Virus record (IMG/VR): IMGVR_UViG_3300035181_002074
Coordinates: 96,613-160,612 of that record
From: a virus
Reading direction: 5' to 3' (one strand)
Length of the DNA stretch: 64,000 bases
Positions 10,792 to 19,816 of this stretch are shown here, piece by piece. Under the pieces are notes generated by a model. That model worked only from the letters and a program-made list of their open reading frames with translations, did not search any database and was not told where the DNA came from. Within the stretch, counting starts at the first letter, position 1. Each line of letters begins with the position of its first letter. The translations under genes were made by a program, and so were the position numbers.

Positions 10792-11433
10792 TTATGCTGC
10801 CTTTCCTTCTGCTACGTTAAACTTAAAGATATTCTTAATTGCGAATCTTGGGATACGGATAGTCATTTCAGCTTTTCCTAAAGCTACGTTAAGGTCTTCA
10901 ACTCTCTTAATTTTCTTGGCTTTTGCGCAAACTGGGCCAATTCCAAGGGCAATTGAATTCTCGTCAGTCAATTTCAATCCACAGATACCACAGTGGCAAA
11001 CTCTTTTGTAAGAAGTAACCACGCGAGCAGTAACAGAACTGTAATTTTCGCTAATAACTTCAAGTACTTCTACGTTGTGGAACTTCTTCTCAAAACCAGC
11101 TTGAAGGCCAATTTTTACAGCCATCATGTGGTTTACGGTAATAATGTCGCCAACCGCCACAGAAGCGTCAGGATTAGCAGCTTTCACCGGAGTGGTTACT
11201 TCACCTTGGGACTGTAAAGTGCGTAAAGTAATATTGTTTACTACGCTTTGGGAAGCTGCAAGTTGTGCAGGAGATAAGATCCAACCTTTTGCAACATACG
11301 CAGCCATTCTTGCGAGAAAGCTATTTCTTTTGCTGTGCTCGGAAATCGCAGCGAAAAGCTCTTGGTTGGCTTCTAGGTAGAGAGCCTTAGTTTCAGATTG
11401 TTCAGCAGTTACTGGATTAATAATAAATTTCAT
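10792..11433 (-). CDS. DUF6011-type zinc-finger protein
   Basis: CGICGLKLTDENSIALGIGPVCA. Start moved to ATG 11433 because of an AAGGAA RBS; the listed TTG start is the -35 box. Confidence 0.75.
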   Translation of the reverse strand: MKFIINPVTAEQSETKALYLEANQELFAAISEHSKRNSFLARMAAYVAKGWILSPAQLAASQSVVNNITLRTLQSQGEVTTPVKAANPDASVAVGDIITVNHMMAVKIGLQAGFEKKFHNVEVLEVISENYSSVTARVVTSYKRVCHCGICGLKLTDENSIALGIGPVCAKAKKIKRVEDLNVALGKAEMTIRIPRFAIKNIFKFNVAEGKAA

Positions 11434-11455
11434 AGTATGTGTTTCCTTCTTATAT

Positions 11456-11484
11456 AGATTATCACTATTCGAATCAGAAGTCAA
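11456..11484 (-). promoter_or_regulatory. sigma70-type promoter
   Basis: TTGACT-N17-TAATCT on the minus strand. Confidence 0.7.
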
Positions 11485-11586
11485 TAAATAGTTTTGAGAT
11501 AATGCATATTATTTTTACCAATAAAAACAAATGTTTATAAAATCAAAGCTAACTCCATAATAATATACACTTTTTGAGAAATCTAT

Positions 11587-11596
11587 CCTAATACTC
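11587..11596 (+). promoter_or_regulatory. Putative late promoter variant CCTAATACTC (capsid operon)
   Basis: Motif variant followed by a leader hairpin and a TAAGGAG RBS. Confidence 0.6.
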
Positions 11597-11649
11597 TTTG
11601 GTGTACGGGCGAATTATGCCCACAATAAACTTTTAAGGAGTTAAAACCT

Positions 11650-12105
11650 ATGTCAGTTTTCAAAGCTGCCGCTCACGTAAGAGAGCTAAAACAAAGATTG
11701 TCAATTTTATTGCCATCTTCCACTATTTCTGAATCATCTGATACAGATACAATGCCAACCCTCACTATTCAAACTGGTACTGAATACCAAAATTTGAAAA
11801 TCAGTGTTGATGGAAACCAAGGACGTGTTGATGGTCTCGGACTTTCTCAACGTGCTTATTCACCACATGTTTGTCAACTAATCCAAGAGTCTGCTGCTGC
11901 TGCTGATGCTGCAAAAGCGTCCGCTCGTGCTAAAGTACTTGCAGGTTGTGCAAAACTGGGCATGAAAATTACTCTACAGCAAGCTGCTGATGCTGGATTA
12001 TCTGCTAACTGGACTGCTGCTGTAGCTGCTGTAGCTGCTGACTCAGGTGCGACTACTATCGTATTACCAAGTGATGAAATCAATCCATTAACATCTTCTC
12101 AATAA
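11650..12105 (+). CDS. Probable virion (capsid-associated) protein
   Basis: Strong RBS; first gene of the scaffold-capsid operon. Confidence 0.55.
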   Translation: MSVFKAAAHVRELKQRLSILLPSSTISESSDTDTMPTLTIQTGTEYQNLKISVDGNQGRVDGLGLSQRAYSPHVCQLIQESAAAADAAKASARAKVLAGCAKLGMKITLQQAADAGLSANWTAAVAAVAADSGATTIVLPSDEINPLTSSQ

Positions 12106-12116
12106 GGAGCTTCTAA

Positions 12117-12935
12117 ATGAAATTCTCCGATATAGAAATAGATCAACTATTAGCATCCGTAGAAGATGCTATGGCACAAGCTAGTAAGCTTGCTAAGTCT
12201 CAGCCGATGCAAAAAGATGCAGACGCTGATCAAGACGATCAGCAAGCTGCTCCAGCAATGGATGCCCAAGCTCCTGAAAGCGCTCCAGCAATGGACGCTG
12301 CTCCAGCTGCTGATGCACAAGCTGCTCCTGATCAAGACCAAGGACAAGACCAAGCCCCAGAAGGTTCACCAGAAGATCAAATCCAAGATGAAGGACAAGA
12401 TCAAGGCGAAATTTCTGATGAAGAACTTCACCAAATCTATGCGAGCATGGATGAAAATGAACTTCATAGGCATTTGACTGCTATTGAAGCAGCTCTAGGT
12501 GGTGGACAAGATCAAGGCCAAGAACAAGAACAACAAGCTCCAGAACAAGCGCCAGCAGCTGCTCCGGCACCTGCGTCAATGACTGACCAAATGGCGATGA
12601 AATCTGAACAAACTGTAAGTGACCTCAATAAATCTGAAACTAAAAAGCTTCAAGATGAAAATGATGCACTTAAAAAGTCACTTGATAAAGTAATTTCAGC
12701 AATGGGTAAAGCTTTTCAGCCAACTCGTAAAGCTGTAACCGATATCGAGTATATCCAAAAATCAGAGTCTCAAACCGACGAGCGTCCGCTCACTAAGTCT
12801 GAAACTGTGGCACAACTCAACAAAATTGTAAAATCTAACAGCCTCTCAAAAGCCGATAGACAAGCAATCAACGATTACATCCTTGCGGATGGATCACAAG
12901 AACAAGTCAAAAAAATTCTCAAAGGGGGAAAATAA
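12117..12935 (+). CDS. Capsid scaffolding protein
   Basis: Acidic, low-complexity and coiled-coil; directly upstream of the capsid gene; about 10 K|S/A/D motifs. Confidence 0.75.
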   Translation: MKFSDIEIDQLLASVEDAMAQASKLAKSQPMQKDADADQDDQQAAPAMDAQAPESAPAMDAAPAADAQAAPDQDQGQDQAPEGSPEDQIQDEGQDQGEISDEELHQIYASMDENELHRHLTAIEAALGGGQDQGQEQEQQAPEQAPAAAPAPASMTDQMAMKSEQTVSDLNKSETKKLQDENDALKKSLDKVISAMGKAFQPTRKAVTDIEYIQKSESQTDERPLTKSETVAQLNKIVKSNSLSKADRQAINDYILADGSQEQVKKILKGGK

Positions 12936-12938
12936 ATA

Positions 12939-14327
12939 ATGGACTTAATTAAGCAACTAGAATCCCTAGTTAAAACCTTAGAGGCTGGAAGTTACAATTC
13001 AGCACCGGGACAATTAGTACAAGGATCTGCGCTTCAATCTGAAGATCTGTCAGCTGTTATGCATAATGTGTGTATCGCTTCAGATGAGATTAAATTGCAG
13101 AAACTTTTCGGTAAGAAAAAAGCAAAATCTCTTACCATCCAATTCAATCGTCAGTTATCATACGGACGTTTGGGTGGAGCAGCTCAGCGCGAAGGCGCGG
13201 TTGGTAATACCAACGTAGGCGACTACGTTCGTGCTACAGTACCTATGTGCTTCTATTCAGAAGTACGCAGAGTGACTGAAGCAGCTAACTTGATCGAAGC
13301 ATTTGATGGTATCAAAGCAGAAGATCGCGAAGCTGAAAACGCAGCTGAAGTAATTGCTATGAACATTGAGTTCGACCTTTTCAAAGGTAAAGCAGACTTC
13401 TCTAACGCAGGTGTATTTGATGGTCATCCAGCAGCTATGCCTGAATTACCAAACATGCTTGGAGTTGACTCTCAAATTCGTCAATCTGACATGCTTGTAA
13501 CTACTCAAGACCTTATGTTCGCGTCTTACGGATCTAATCAATCTGTAGTTCTTGCTCAGAACGCTGCTCTTGACCAGATCGTAATTGAAGATGCTCGTCT
13601 TCGTGCAAAGTTGAACTTTTCACAAGCTAAGAATCTTTATGTAGATCCTGTAATCATGACTAGCTACAACAAAAAAGTTGCACTTGGTACTGGTACTAAC
13701 AGTATTCAACGTATTCAACTCGCTGGTTCTGCTCAAGACGTTTCTGGAGCTTCTCTCCGTCGTCAATGGACAGCTCACGGTGATGTTAATCTTGAAGAGT
13801 CTCACTTCTTACGCGGTAAGACTTCTCCACTTCGTCCAAACATTGGTGGGCCTTCTGCTCCAGCAATCACTACTCAACCATCTTTCGGTGGTTCTGGTTC
13901 ATTGATTACTGCGGGTACTTATGTTTACCTAGTAACTGCTCAAAGTGAAATCGGCGAAAGCCCTGCTACTGCTACTAACACAGTTTCTCCTACTACTGGC
14001 ACAGTTGTTACTATGACAATTACTGCTCAGTCTGGAGTTAAGTTTTACAGCATCTATCGCGGAACTAATGCTAAGAATGCTAAGTTCATCGGTAACGTTG
14101 CTGCAACTGGTGGAAACGTAGTATTTACTGACCTTGGTAATAAGGCTCCGGGATTCGTCACAGGGTACCTCCTAGACGAGAAGACTTGGGAAATGCATGA
14201 TCTTGCCGCTTACAGTCGTAAGAAACTTGCTCAATCCGATCTTTCTACTCCAGAGGCCCATTATACCTTCACAACTGTGGCAGGATACCAACCTCGTAAA
14301 AATGTAATTATCGATAATTTAATTTAG
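12939..14327 (+). CDS. Major capsid protein (SPO1/Twort-like type, with Ig-like insertion)
   Basis: N-terminal LVK|TLEAG..GSALQSEDL; IEFDLFKG; TYVYLVTA..GES..YSIYRG Ig-like domain; followed by a terminator. Confidence 0.9.
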   Translation: MDLIKQLESLVKTLEAGSYNSAPGQLVQGSALQSEDLSAVMHNVCIASDEIKLQKLFGKKKAKSLTIQFNRQLSYGRLGGAAQREGAVGNTNVGDYVRATVPMCFYSEVRRVTEAANLIEAFDGIKAEDREAENAAEVIAMNIEFDLFKGKADFSNAGVFDGHPAAMPELPNMLGVDSQIRQSDMLVTTQDLMFASYGSNQSVVLAQNAALDQIVIEDARLRAKLNFSQAKNLYVDPVIMTSYNKKVALGTGTNSIQRIQLAGSAQDVSGASLRRQWTAHGDVNLEESHFLRGKTSPLRPNIGGPSAPAITTQPSFGGSGSLITAGTYVYLVTAQSEIGESPATATNTVSPTTGTVVTMTITAQSGVKFYSIYRGTNAKNAKFIGNVAATGGNVVFTDLGNKAPGFVTGYLLDEKTWEMHDLAAYSRKKLAQSDLSTPEAHYTFTTVAGYQPRKNVIIDNLI

Positions 14328-14356
14328 TTAATAATCTAATAAAACAATAATTTAGG

Positions 14357-14389
14357 AAGCCTACTAGTCTATGATTAGTAGGCTTTTTT
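14357..14389 (+). terminator. Rho-independent terminator after the capsid gene
   Basis: AAGCCTACTAGTC-TAT-GATTAGTAGGCTT followed by a T tract. Confidence 0.9.
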
Positions 14390-14404
14390 GTTGACGAAAA
14401 GCGG

Positions 14405-14433
14405 TTGACTTGTCTTAATATTAATGGTATAAT
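14405..14433 (+). promoter_or_regulatory. sigma70-type promoter (probably leaderless)
   Basis: TTGACT-N17-TATAAT with TG extension; 6 nt between the -10 box and the ATG. Confidence 0.85.
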
Positions 14434-14439
14434 ACTAAT

Positions 14440-14706
14440 ATGAAGAAGCCAGTCTTTATACCCAAAAAAATTGCAACCATGACTAAAGAAGCTGAAATTG
14501 TGTCAGCCCTTGCTGCACAGGGATTAAATACCCAAGCAATAATTAAAGCTTCTGGTTTATATAAAGATATTGTCAGAGCTGTTGCATATCATTTCAATAT
14601 TGTACTGCCAAAACATATTGCACCAGAGCGCAAACAAAAAGAATCAGAATTCCTAGAGAGGTTGACATCTTTCCATTTTCATGCTACACTCCTATTAGGA
14701 GCCTAG
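14440..14706 (+). CDS. Hypothetical protein (possible HTH)
   Basis: 88-aa ORF immediately behind the promoter. Confidence 0.55.
   Translation: MKKPVFIPKKIATMTKEAEIVSALAAQGLNTQAIIKASGLYKDIVRAVAYHFNIVLPKHIAPERKQKESEFLERLTSFHFHATLLLGA
14662..14690 (+). promoter_or_regulatory. sigma70-type promoter
   Basis: TTGACA-N17-TACACT with TG extension. Confidence 0.7.
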
Positions 14707-14863
14707 TCATCGAAACTTTTAGTATTTATCACACCAATCAATTTTCTGGAAACGATACTTGGTTATACCAAGTATTATCTTTTAAATGGATTGAAAGTAG
14801 ATATGGTGGTTACTGGCTTCGGTCGGGTAGAGACTGGAGAATTAGCTACGTAGAGGAGAAATT

Positions 14864-15031
14864 ATGTACCAAATAAAAACTGTTATTAATGGCGAAGAAG
14901 TAATTAAAATGACTTGCGATGATCTGGGCGAAACCCAGAAATGGCTGTTACTTTACGAAAGCAGTTACGACACCTTTATTTATTACCCGCCGCACAGAGA
15001 CCCATCCTTGAATGAAAGCTACGAAGGATGA
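14864..15031 (+). CDS. Small hypothetical protein (55 aa, below the ORF-track cutoff)
   Basis: GAGGAG RBS; ATGA overlap with the next small ORF (15028-15159), followed by 15166-15279. Confidence 0.6.
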   Translation: MYQIKTVINGEEVIKMTCDDLGETQKWLLLYESSYDTFIYYPPHRDPSLNESYEG

Positions 15032-15275
15032 ACTACCTAGTTTATTTCTATAACCTCAGAGAGATGAGGAAATCATCGTATTATATCTGCTATACTTCTG
15101 ACCGTAGTGCAACATGGGGAACTAAGGCTACTAATAAATGGTATATTATCACAGATTAGGAATTCATGAAAACTAAAAAACTATTCCGTATTCGCATAAA
15201 GGGTAACTATTATAGTACCCACGCCTTATCTTATAAACAGGCAGCATTTTTTATTCGATGGCGATTAAATAAGTC

Positions 15276-15304
15276 TTGACTTCTGGGGTGATACATAGTA
15301 AACT
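15276..15304 (+). promoter_or_regulatory. sigma70-type promoter
   Basis: TTGACT-N17-TAAACT. Confidence 0.7.
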
Positions 15305-15319
15305 ACTATAGAGGTAGTT

Positions 15320-15811
15320 ATGGAAATTATCAAAGATCAAAACGGTTGGAAGTTAGGCAAGAAAGACAATGTTTTTTATCTAATCTGCCAAGATGGTGAA
15401 GAAATTCGCTATGGAACGTCTAAAGATAACGCCTTCCAGTGGTTTGATCGGGTCATAGAAAAAGGCTGGACACACCTAACTCGAAACTATTACACCGTCA
15501 CTGTGACCAACGGTAAGATTATTACTGGCAAACACCAAAACAATAGCGTAAGAAGCGATAAGCTCGATCAGTGGAGCAGCAGCGTGTATTTGACCGCAGA
15601 AGAGGCCAAAGCTGCGATTAGCTTGGTATTACCCAAAGCCAAAGAAAAGTTTGAAGCCTGTCAAAGTGCCTACTTAGCTCTGCACAAAGAAATGGGGTTC
15701 TCTTCTGGTTGTAATTATGATGGCGACACCCATGGCATCTATAATGAATATGAATATATTTCGTTTCAGATGGATGGATTTCATTTCGAGTTTCCCCTAA
15801 ATTGTTCTTGA
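15320..15811 (+). CDS. Hypothetical early protein
   Basis: 163 aa, GAGG RBS, own promoter. Confidence 0.7.
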   Translation: MEIIKDQNGWKLGKKDNVFYLICQDGEEIRYGTSKDNAFQWFDRVIEKGWTHLTRNYYTVTVTNGKIITGKHQNNSVRSDKLDQWSSSVYLTAEEAKAAISLVLPKAKEKFEACQSAYLALHKEMGFSSGCNYDGDTHGIYNEYEYISFQMDGFHFEFPLNCS

Positions 15812-15836
15812 CTTCTTCCAAAGAAAGGTGTAAGAT
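15808..15836 (+). promoter_or_regulatory. sigma70-type promoter
   Basis: TTGACT-N17-TAAGAT; ATG (15843) after a 6-nt gap. Confidence 0.7.
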
Positions 15837-15964
15837 TTATATATGAGTGATATAGACAGTCCATTTTGGGATATTTTGTTTGATAATAACCAGTTCTTTT
15901 TTTGCCACGATCCAATTGGTGAAAACGGTAATAGCTATCCGATGCTAGCAGTAGGAGATTGTTA

Positions 15965-16408
15965 ATGACCCCAAAACAACTTAAATTAATCTTAGACCAG
16001 CACCTTTTATGGTTACAAACTGACCCGAAGGGCATCCGTGCCAACCTTAGTGGAGCCGACCTTCGTGTAGCCAACCTTAGTGGAGCCGACCTTCGTGGAG
16101 CCAACCTTAGTGTAGCCGACCTTCGTGGAGCCAACCTTAGTGGAGCCCACCTTCGTGGAGCCCACCTTAGTGGAGCCAACCTTAGTGGAGCCAACCTTAG
16201 TGGAGCCCACCTTCGTGGAGCCCACCTTAGTGGAGCCCACCTTAGTGGAGCCATAGGCATCCAAGTTTTTTGTTTGATGCAAAACGCAAAAACCTACGAT
16301 TTATCCAAACAATATATTAAAATCGAATATTGTCAATATTATTCGGCTAAAAATCTGGTAAATATCAACAAAGTTTACAATGTTAGTGTAGTGGAGGAAG
16401 TAATATAA
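15965..16408 (+). CDS. Pentapeptide repeat protein
   Basis: 14 x A(N/D/H)L(S/R)(G/V), preceded by ILDQHLLWL...G.RA. Confidence 0.9.
   Translation: MTPKQLKLILDQHLLWLQTDPKGIRANLSGADLRVANLSGADLRGANLSVADLRGANLSGAHLRGAHLSGANLSGANLSGAHLRGAHLSGAHLSGAIGIQVFCLMQNAKTYDLSKQYIKIEYCQYYSAKNLVNINKVYNVSVVEEVI
16040..16249 (+). repeat. 15-bp tandem repeat x14 (coding)
   Basis: Units of the form GCC(A/G/C)ACCTT(A/C)GTG(G/T)A. Confidence 0.95.
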
Positions 16409-16584
16409 TGGAAATTATAGTAATCATTTTATTCATAGTAGTTATTGCTTTACTGAGAACCGATACCCCATCCTTTAAAAAGGTGCCGCATTGTAAATCG
16501 CATAAATGGGCTTACACTGAAGATAACCAACTTAAGTGTGATGTTTGTCATTACACCGCTGGACAGGATTCTGGTCGTGAGTAA
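16408..16584 (+). CDS. Small membrane-anchored Zn-finger protein (58 aa)
   Basis: [16 protein letters not shown]...CKSH...CDVC; TAATG coupling; not in the ORF track. Confidence 0.6.
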   Translation: MEIIVIILFIVVIALLRTDTPSFKKVPHCKSHKWAYTEDNQLKCDVCHYTAGQDSGRE

Positions 16585-16756
16585 GCTTGTAAGATTATAT
16601 GGCGTATTTTCTGGGGAAACAAAATATATGATTCATTGCAATTATGCACAATACTCTTGGAGTGAATTTGTATTAGTATCGGATTCAAAATGCAGCTATA
16701 CATCACCAGCTAGCATAGCCCATCGTTTATGGAATATACAAGTTTATGAGGGATGA
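16577..16756 (+). CDS. Small hypothetical protein
   Basis: GTG start overlapping the previous gene; Tyr-rich. Confidence 0.5.
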   Translation: MSKLVRLYGVFSGETKYMIHCNYAQYSWSEFVLVSDSKCSYTSPASIAHRLWNIQVYEG

Positions 16757-16816
16757 ATATTATATTCAAGTATGGCAAAGTGAACCGATGATTACTATCA
16801 CTAAGAATAGCGTTGA

Positions 16817-17008
16817 GTGGCATCGATGGGTGATCAGGTTTTTATGAAATCTTACTATTACATCCGAAAGCACACGTATGCAGACGCTGGCGACTTCCCT
16901 TATCACACGAATGCCATAGCATACTACCAGATTTTTAAGACACCCCAAGGTTTTTTGGGATCACAATCTAAGATTTGGTACAGGATAAACATTTATGACG
17001 AGAATTAG
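16817..17008 (+). CDS. Small hypothetical protein
   Basis: Tyr-rich ORF in a dense early array. Confidence 0.45.
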   Translation: MASMGDQVFMKSYYYIRKHTYADAGDFPYHTNAIAYYQIFKTPQGFLGSQSKIWYRINIYDEN

Positions 17009-17031
17009 GCCATCATTTCGGATTTTTAAGT

Positions 17032-17262
17032 ATGACAATGGTGTTTATCGAGTTGTTGATAAACCATGGCATGACTACATGCCACATTCGTGGGCTTTTT
17101 GTGCTGGAAAAAAATGGAAAATTTCATATGCATCTTAAATGGAGTGTTTTCCGATTATCACAAGATGACAGAACGGTATATTATCAAATCCATAAGTTTC
17201 GTAAAAATAAAAAAGGCGTATATGTTTATGCAGGCCACTTTTTCAGGATTGAATTTATATGA
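17032..17262 (+). CDS. Small hypothetical protein
   Basis: ATGA overlap with the next gene. Confidence 0.5.
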   Translation: MTMVFIELLINHGMTTCHIRGLFVLEKNGKFHMHLKWSVFRLSQDDRTVYYQIHKFRKNKKGVYVYAGHFFRIEFI

Positions 17263-17954
17263 TATTTAAAATAATGGAAGCCAAAATCAGACCAACCCGT
17301 GAAATGCCCTCCCAATGGCCAGATGTGTTACCAAATAATCCTGATGGAACTCCGCAGCGCATGCCGAAATATTACTGGGAAACAATAGATGAATCCACCA
17401 TTCCTGTAGATTCCGATTTATTTAGATTTTGGAAATTGATTACTGCTTTTTTAGACTCAGGCGCTTTTTTAGCTGGTGGATTCATGGTGGATTCATGGAT
17501 GAGTAAGACACCGAAAGATATTGATTTGTACTTTAATTGCACTGAAGCCGTCAGAAAAACTCTTCGCCAAGCGTATGAATTTGGTTATCATGTGACGGAA
17601 GAGCATTTATCTGCATTAGAAAATGGTGCTATGCAAATTATTTTAACTCATGATAATGGCTACATCCCGATTAATATCGTCAATGCTGAATACCGGAGCA
17701 CCGTTCAGTCGTTCATGGAGCGCTTTGATTTAACTGCTTGCATGATCGGAATGCAGAAAGTTAAGGGGCAGTATCAAATCATAGCTGCCAGCGATTGGCA
17801 AATAAATTTTGATATTAAAATAATGAAATACAATTTTATTCATAACTGGATGGCCACCAAAAAAAGAACTTTAAAATATTCAATAAAAGGTTTTAAACTT
17901 GAGGAAAGTAACGGAATGGTAGTCTTAGGCGATGGAACCTCAAAATATTACTAA
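17259..17954 (+). CDS. Pol-beta-superfamily nucleotidyltransferase (CCA/poly(A) polymerase head-like)
   Basis: FLAGGFMVD...PKDIDLY and RFDLT motifs. Confidence 0.75.
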   Translation: MIFKIMEAKIRPTREMPSQWPDVLPNNPDGTPQRMPKYYWETIDESTIPVDSDLFRFWKLITAFLDSGAFLAGGFMVDSWMSKTPKDIDLYFNCTEAVRKTLRQAYEFGYHVTEEHLSALENGAMQIILTHDNGYIPINIVNAEYRSTVQSFMERFDLTACMIGMQKVKGQYQIIAASDWQINFDIKIMKYNFIHNWMATKKRTLKYSIKGFKLEESNGMVVLGDGTSKYY

Positions 17955-17957
17955 ATT

Positions 17958-18191
17958 ATGATCAATACCCAAGATAAACTATTAGAACTAATTGGAAATG
18001 TGTTTAAGGAATACAAGGACAAGCAGAAAAAGGCCCAGTATGCTTACCTACATGTTCACCCATCACTATTCGCACTGCTGCCAATTGAAGGAGATTATAT
18101 TGCATTCCCGCAAGGACTTGAAACCATTGTTGTTTCCGATCCGTCGGTTTTTATTCAAATAACGGTTGACAAACCACTTAGCATGAGGTAA
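17958..18191 (+). CDS. Hypothetical protein
   Basis: 77-aa ORF. Confidence 0.55.
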   Translation: MINTQDKLLELIGNVFKEYKDKQKKAQYAYLHVHPSLFALLPIEGDYIAFPQGLETIVVSDPSVFIQITVDKPLSMR

Positions 18192-18194
18192 TAT
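18166..18194 (+). promoter_or_regulatory. sigma70-type promoter (probably leaderless)
   Basis: TTGACA-N17-TAATAT; ATG 18201 after a 6-nt gap. Confidence 0.75.
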
Positions 18195-18200
18195 TATTAT

Positions 18201-19361
18201 ATGAGTTTAAGCGTATTAGAAGATAGCATTATTTACTTACTCCACACTGAACCTTTCTATGCCCATCTCTTAATGAGAATGCGTCGCATGAAAACGACTA
18301 AGATCGAAACCGCAGGTGTTCGTATTACCGACGGAATCGACCTTCTTTATAATGAAAACTATCTGATTAAGCAAAAAACTGCCCACGGCATTAAAGCCCC
18401 TGCTGGGATTCTTAAGCATGAGTGCGAGCATGTGTTATTCCTACACTTGGGCGGACGTCAAGAAGGTTTCGAACACAAGAAATTCAATATCGCTGCTGAT
18501 TGCTCTATTAACCAATTTAATTCCCTGATTGACGGTATGAAAGAGGATATTGTTACCCTTGATAACTTTAAGAAGCTCGTGGAAAATCCAAATGTGGAAG
18601 CTCAACAAACTCTTGAATATTACTATGGCCTTCTTCAGAAAAAATCTGACGAGAAAAAAGGTGACCCAGAATTTCAGAAAATGCTTGACCAGATGTCTGA
18701 GTCTTTAGACGACCACGGCACATGGGATGAATCAGTTTGTGGTGAAGCCCAAAAACGTATTGCTCAATATGCGGTTAATCAGGCTGCTACGTCAACTGGC
18801 AGAGGCAACCTTCCCGCTAATATTGCCAAACAAATTGAAACAATGAACAAAGAAACCCTTAACTGGAAATCCATCTTAAGGCGCTTCTGGAGTCGTGGAG
18901 TAACTGTAGAAATTAAATCCACTAGAATGCGCGTAAATCGTCGTTGGGGTATCGCTCAACCGGGTAAACGCACAAATCCATTGGTTCACGTTGCAATGGT
19001 TATCGATACTTCTGGCTCTATGGGAGATGACGACATTGATGCAATTTTTTGTGAAGCGAAACGTATTCACGACACTGGTGCTACTGTAACGATTATTGAA
19101 TGTGATACAGAAGTGCATAAAACATGGACTTATCAAGGTAAAAATAATGTAGAAGTGCATGGCCGTGGCGGTACCAGTTTCCAGCCCGGTTTGGATGCTG
19201 CAGCAAAAGCTGATGCAGATGTTTGTATTTATTTTACGGATGGGGACGGCGAACAAGATTTTAAACTCCCTAAAATGCCAGTACTTTGGGTATTGACCCG
19301 CGAAGGCCACTCTGGAACAGTTCCAGAAAAAGGACTTAAAGTATGGATGAAAACGAAGTAA
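18201..19361 (+). CDS. Metallopeptidase-like + VWA domain protein (DUF2201 type, MoxR partner)
   Basis: KHECEH (HExxH), NIAADCSINQ, DTSGSM MIDAS, GRGGTSF, FTDG. Confidence 0.9.
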   Translation: MSLSVLEDSIIYLLHTEPFYAHLLMRMRRMKTTKIETAGVRITDGIDLLYNENYLIKQKTAHGIKAPAGILKHECEHVLFLHLGGRQEGFEHKKFNIAADCSINQFNSLIDGMKEDIVTLDNFKKLVENPNVEAQQTLEYYYGLLQKKSDEKKGDPEFQKMLDQMSESLDDHGTWDESVCGEAQKRIAQYAVNQAATSTGRGNLPANIAKQIETMNKETLNWKSILRRFWSRGVTVEIKSTRMRVNRRWGIAQPGKRTNPLVHVAMVIDTSGSMGDDDIDAIFCEAKRIHDTGATVTIIECDTEVHKTWTYQGKNNVEVHGRGGTSFQPGLDAAAKADADVCIYFTDGDGEQDFKLPKMPVLWVLTREGHSGTVPEKGLKVWMKTK

Positions 19362-19744
19362 GAAAAAGACTTCATCGTTTTAGCGGATTAATGGCTAGCA
19401 CTGTGCATGCTATCTACATGAACGAGATTATACATTCTAGCAAACCAAAACCTGAATTATACAATGATCTAGTGCTTGTTGATTATCCAGCCATACAAAT
19501 TGGAATTATTCATATTTTGCCAGTACCAGAAGAAATATTAGCTTTTCTTGTAGATTATCCAAGCACGTCTGAAGCTGTAAGGCTCGAAATTGCTTCGAAA
19601 ACCACTAGTCATGACCTTATTCTGAAACTACACCAGTCTGCGAGTCATGTGGTCTCACGCGCCGCTCTTTACAACAAGAACGCTCCTGCTAATATCCAAA
19701 TGCTCAGAATTAAAGACGAATTAGTAATGAAAATTAATAAATAA
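19343..19744 (+). CDS. Hypothetical helical-repeat (LRV-like) protein
   Basis: VRLEIA..TTSHDLI / VSRAALYNKNAP repeat-like segments. Confidence 0.5.
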   Translation: MDENEVRKRLHRFSGLMASTVHAIYMNEIIHSSKPKPELYNDLVLVDYPAIQIGIIHILPVPEEILAFLVDYPSTSEAVRLEIASKTTSHDLILKLHQSASHVVSRAALYNKNAPANIQMLRIKDELVMKINK

Positions 19745-19751
19745 AAAAGGG

Positions 19752-19780
19752 TTGACTAAAACAATAAACCCTGATAGTAT
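19752..19780 (+). promoter_or_regulatory. sigma70-type promoter
   Basis: TTGACT-N17-TAGTAT. Confidence 0.7.
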
Positions 19781-19816
19781 TAAAGTAACAACAACCCCGA
19801 AAGGAAAACTTGACCG

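Noticed and set aside
16040-16249. CRISPR array
   Set aside because: The 15-bp units are contiguous with no spacers and encode an in-frame pentapeptide repeat. The antisense repeat ORFs (15781-16260, 16013-16282) are shadows.
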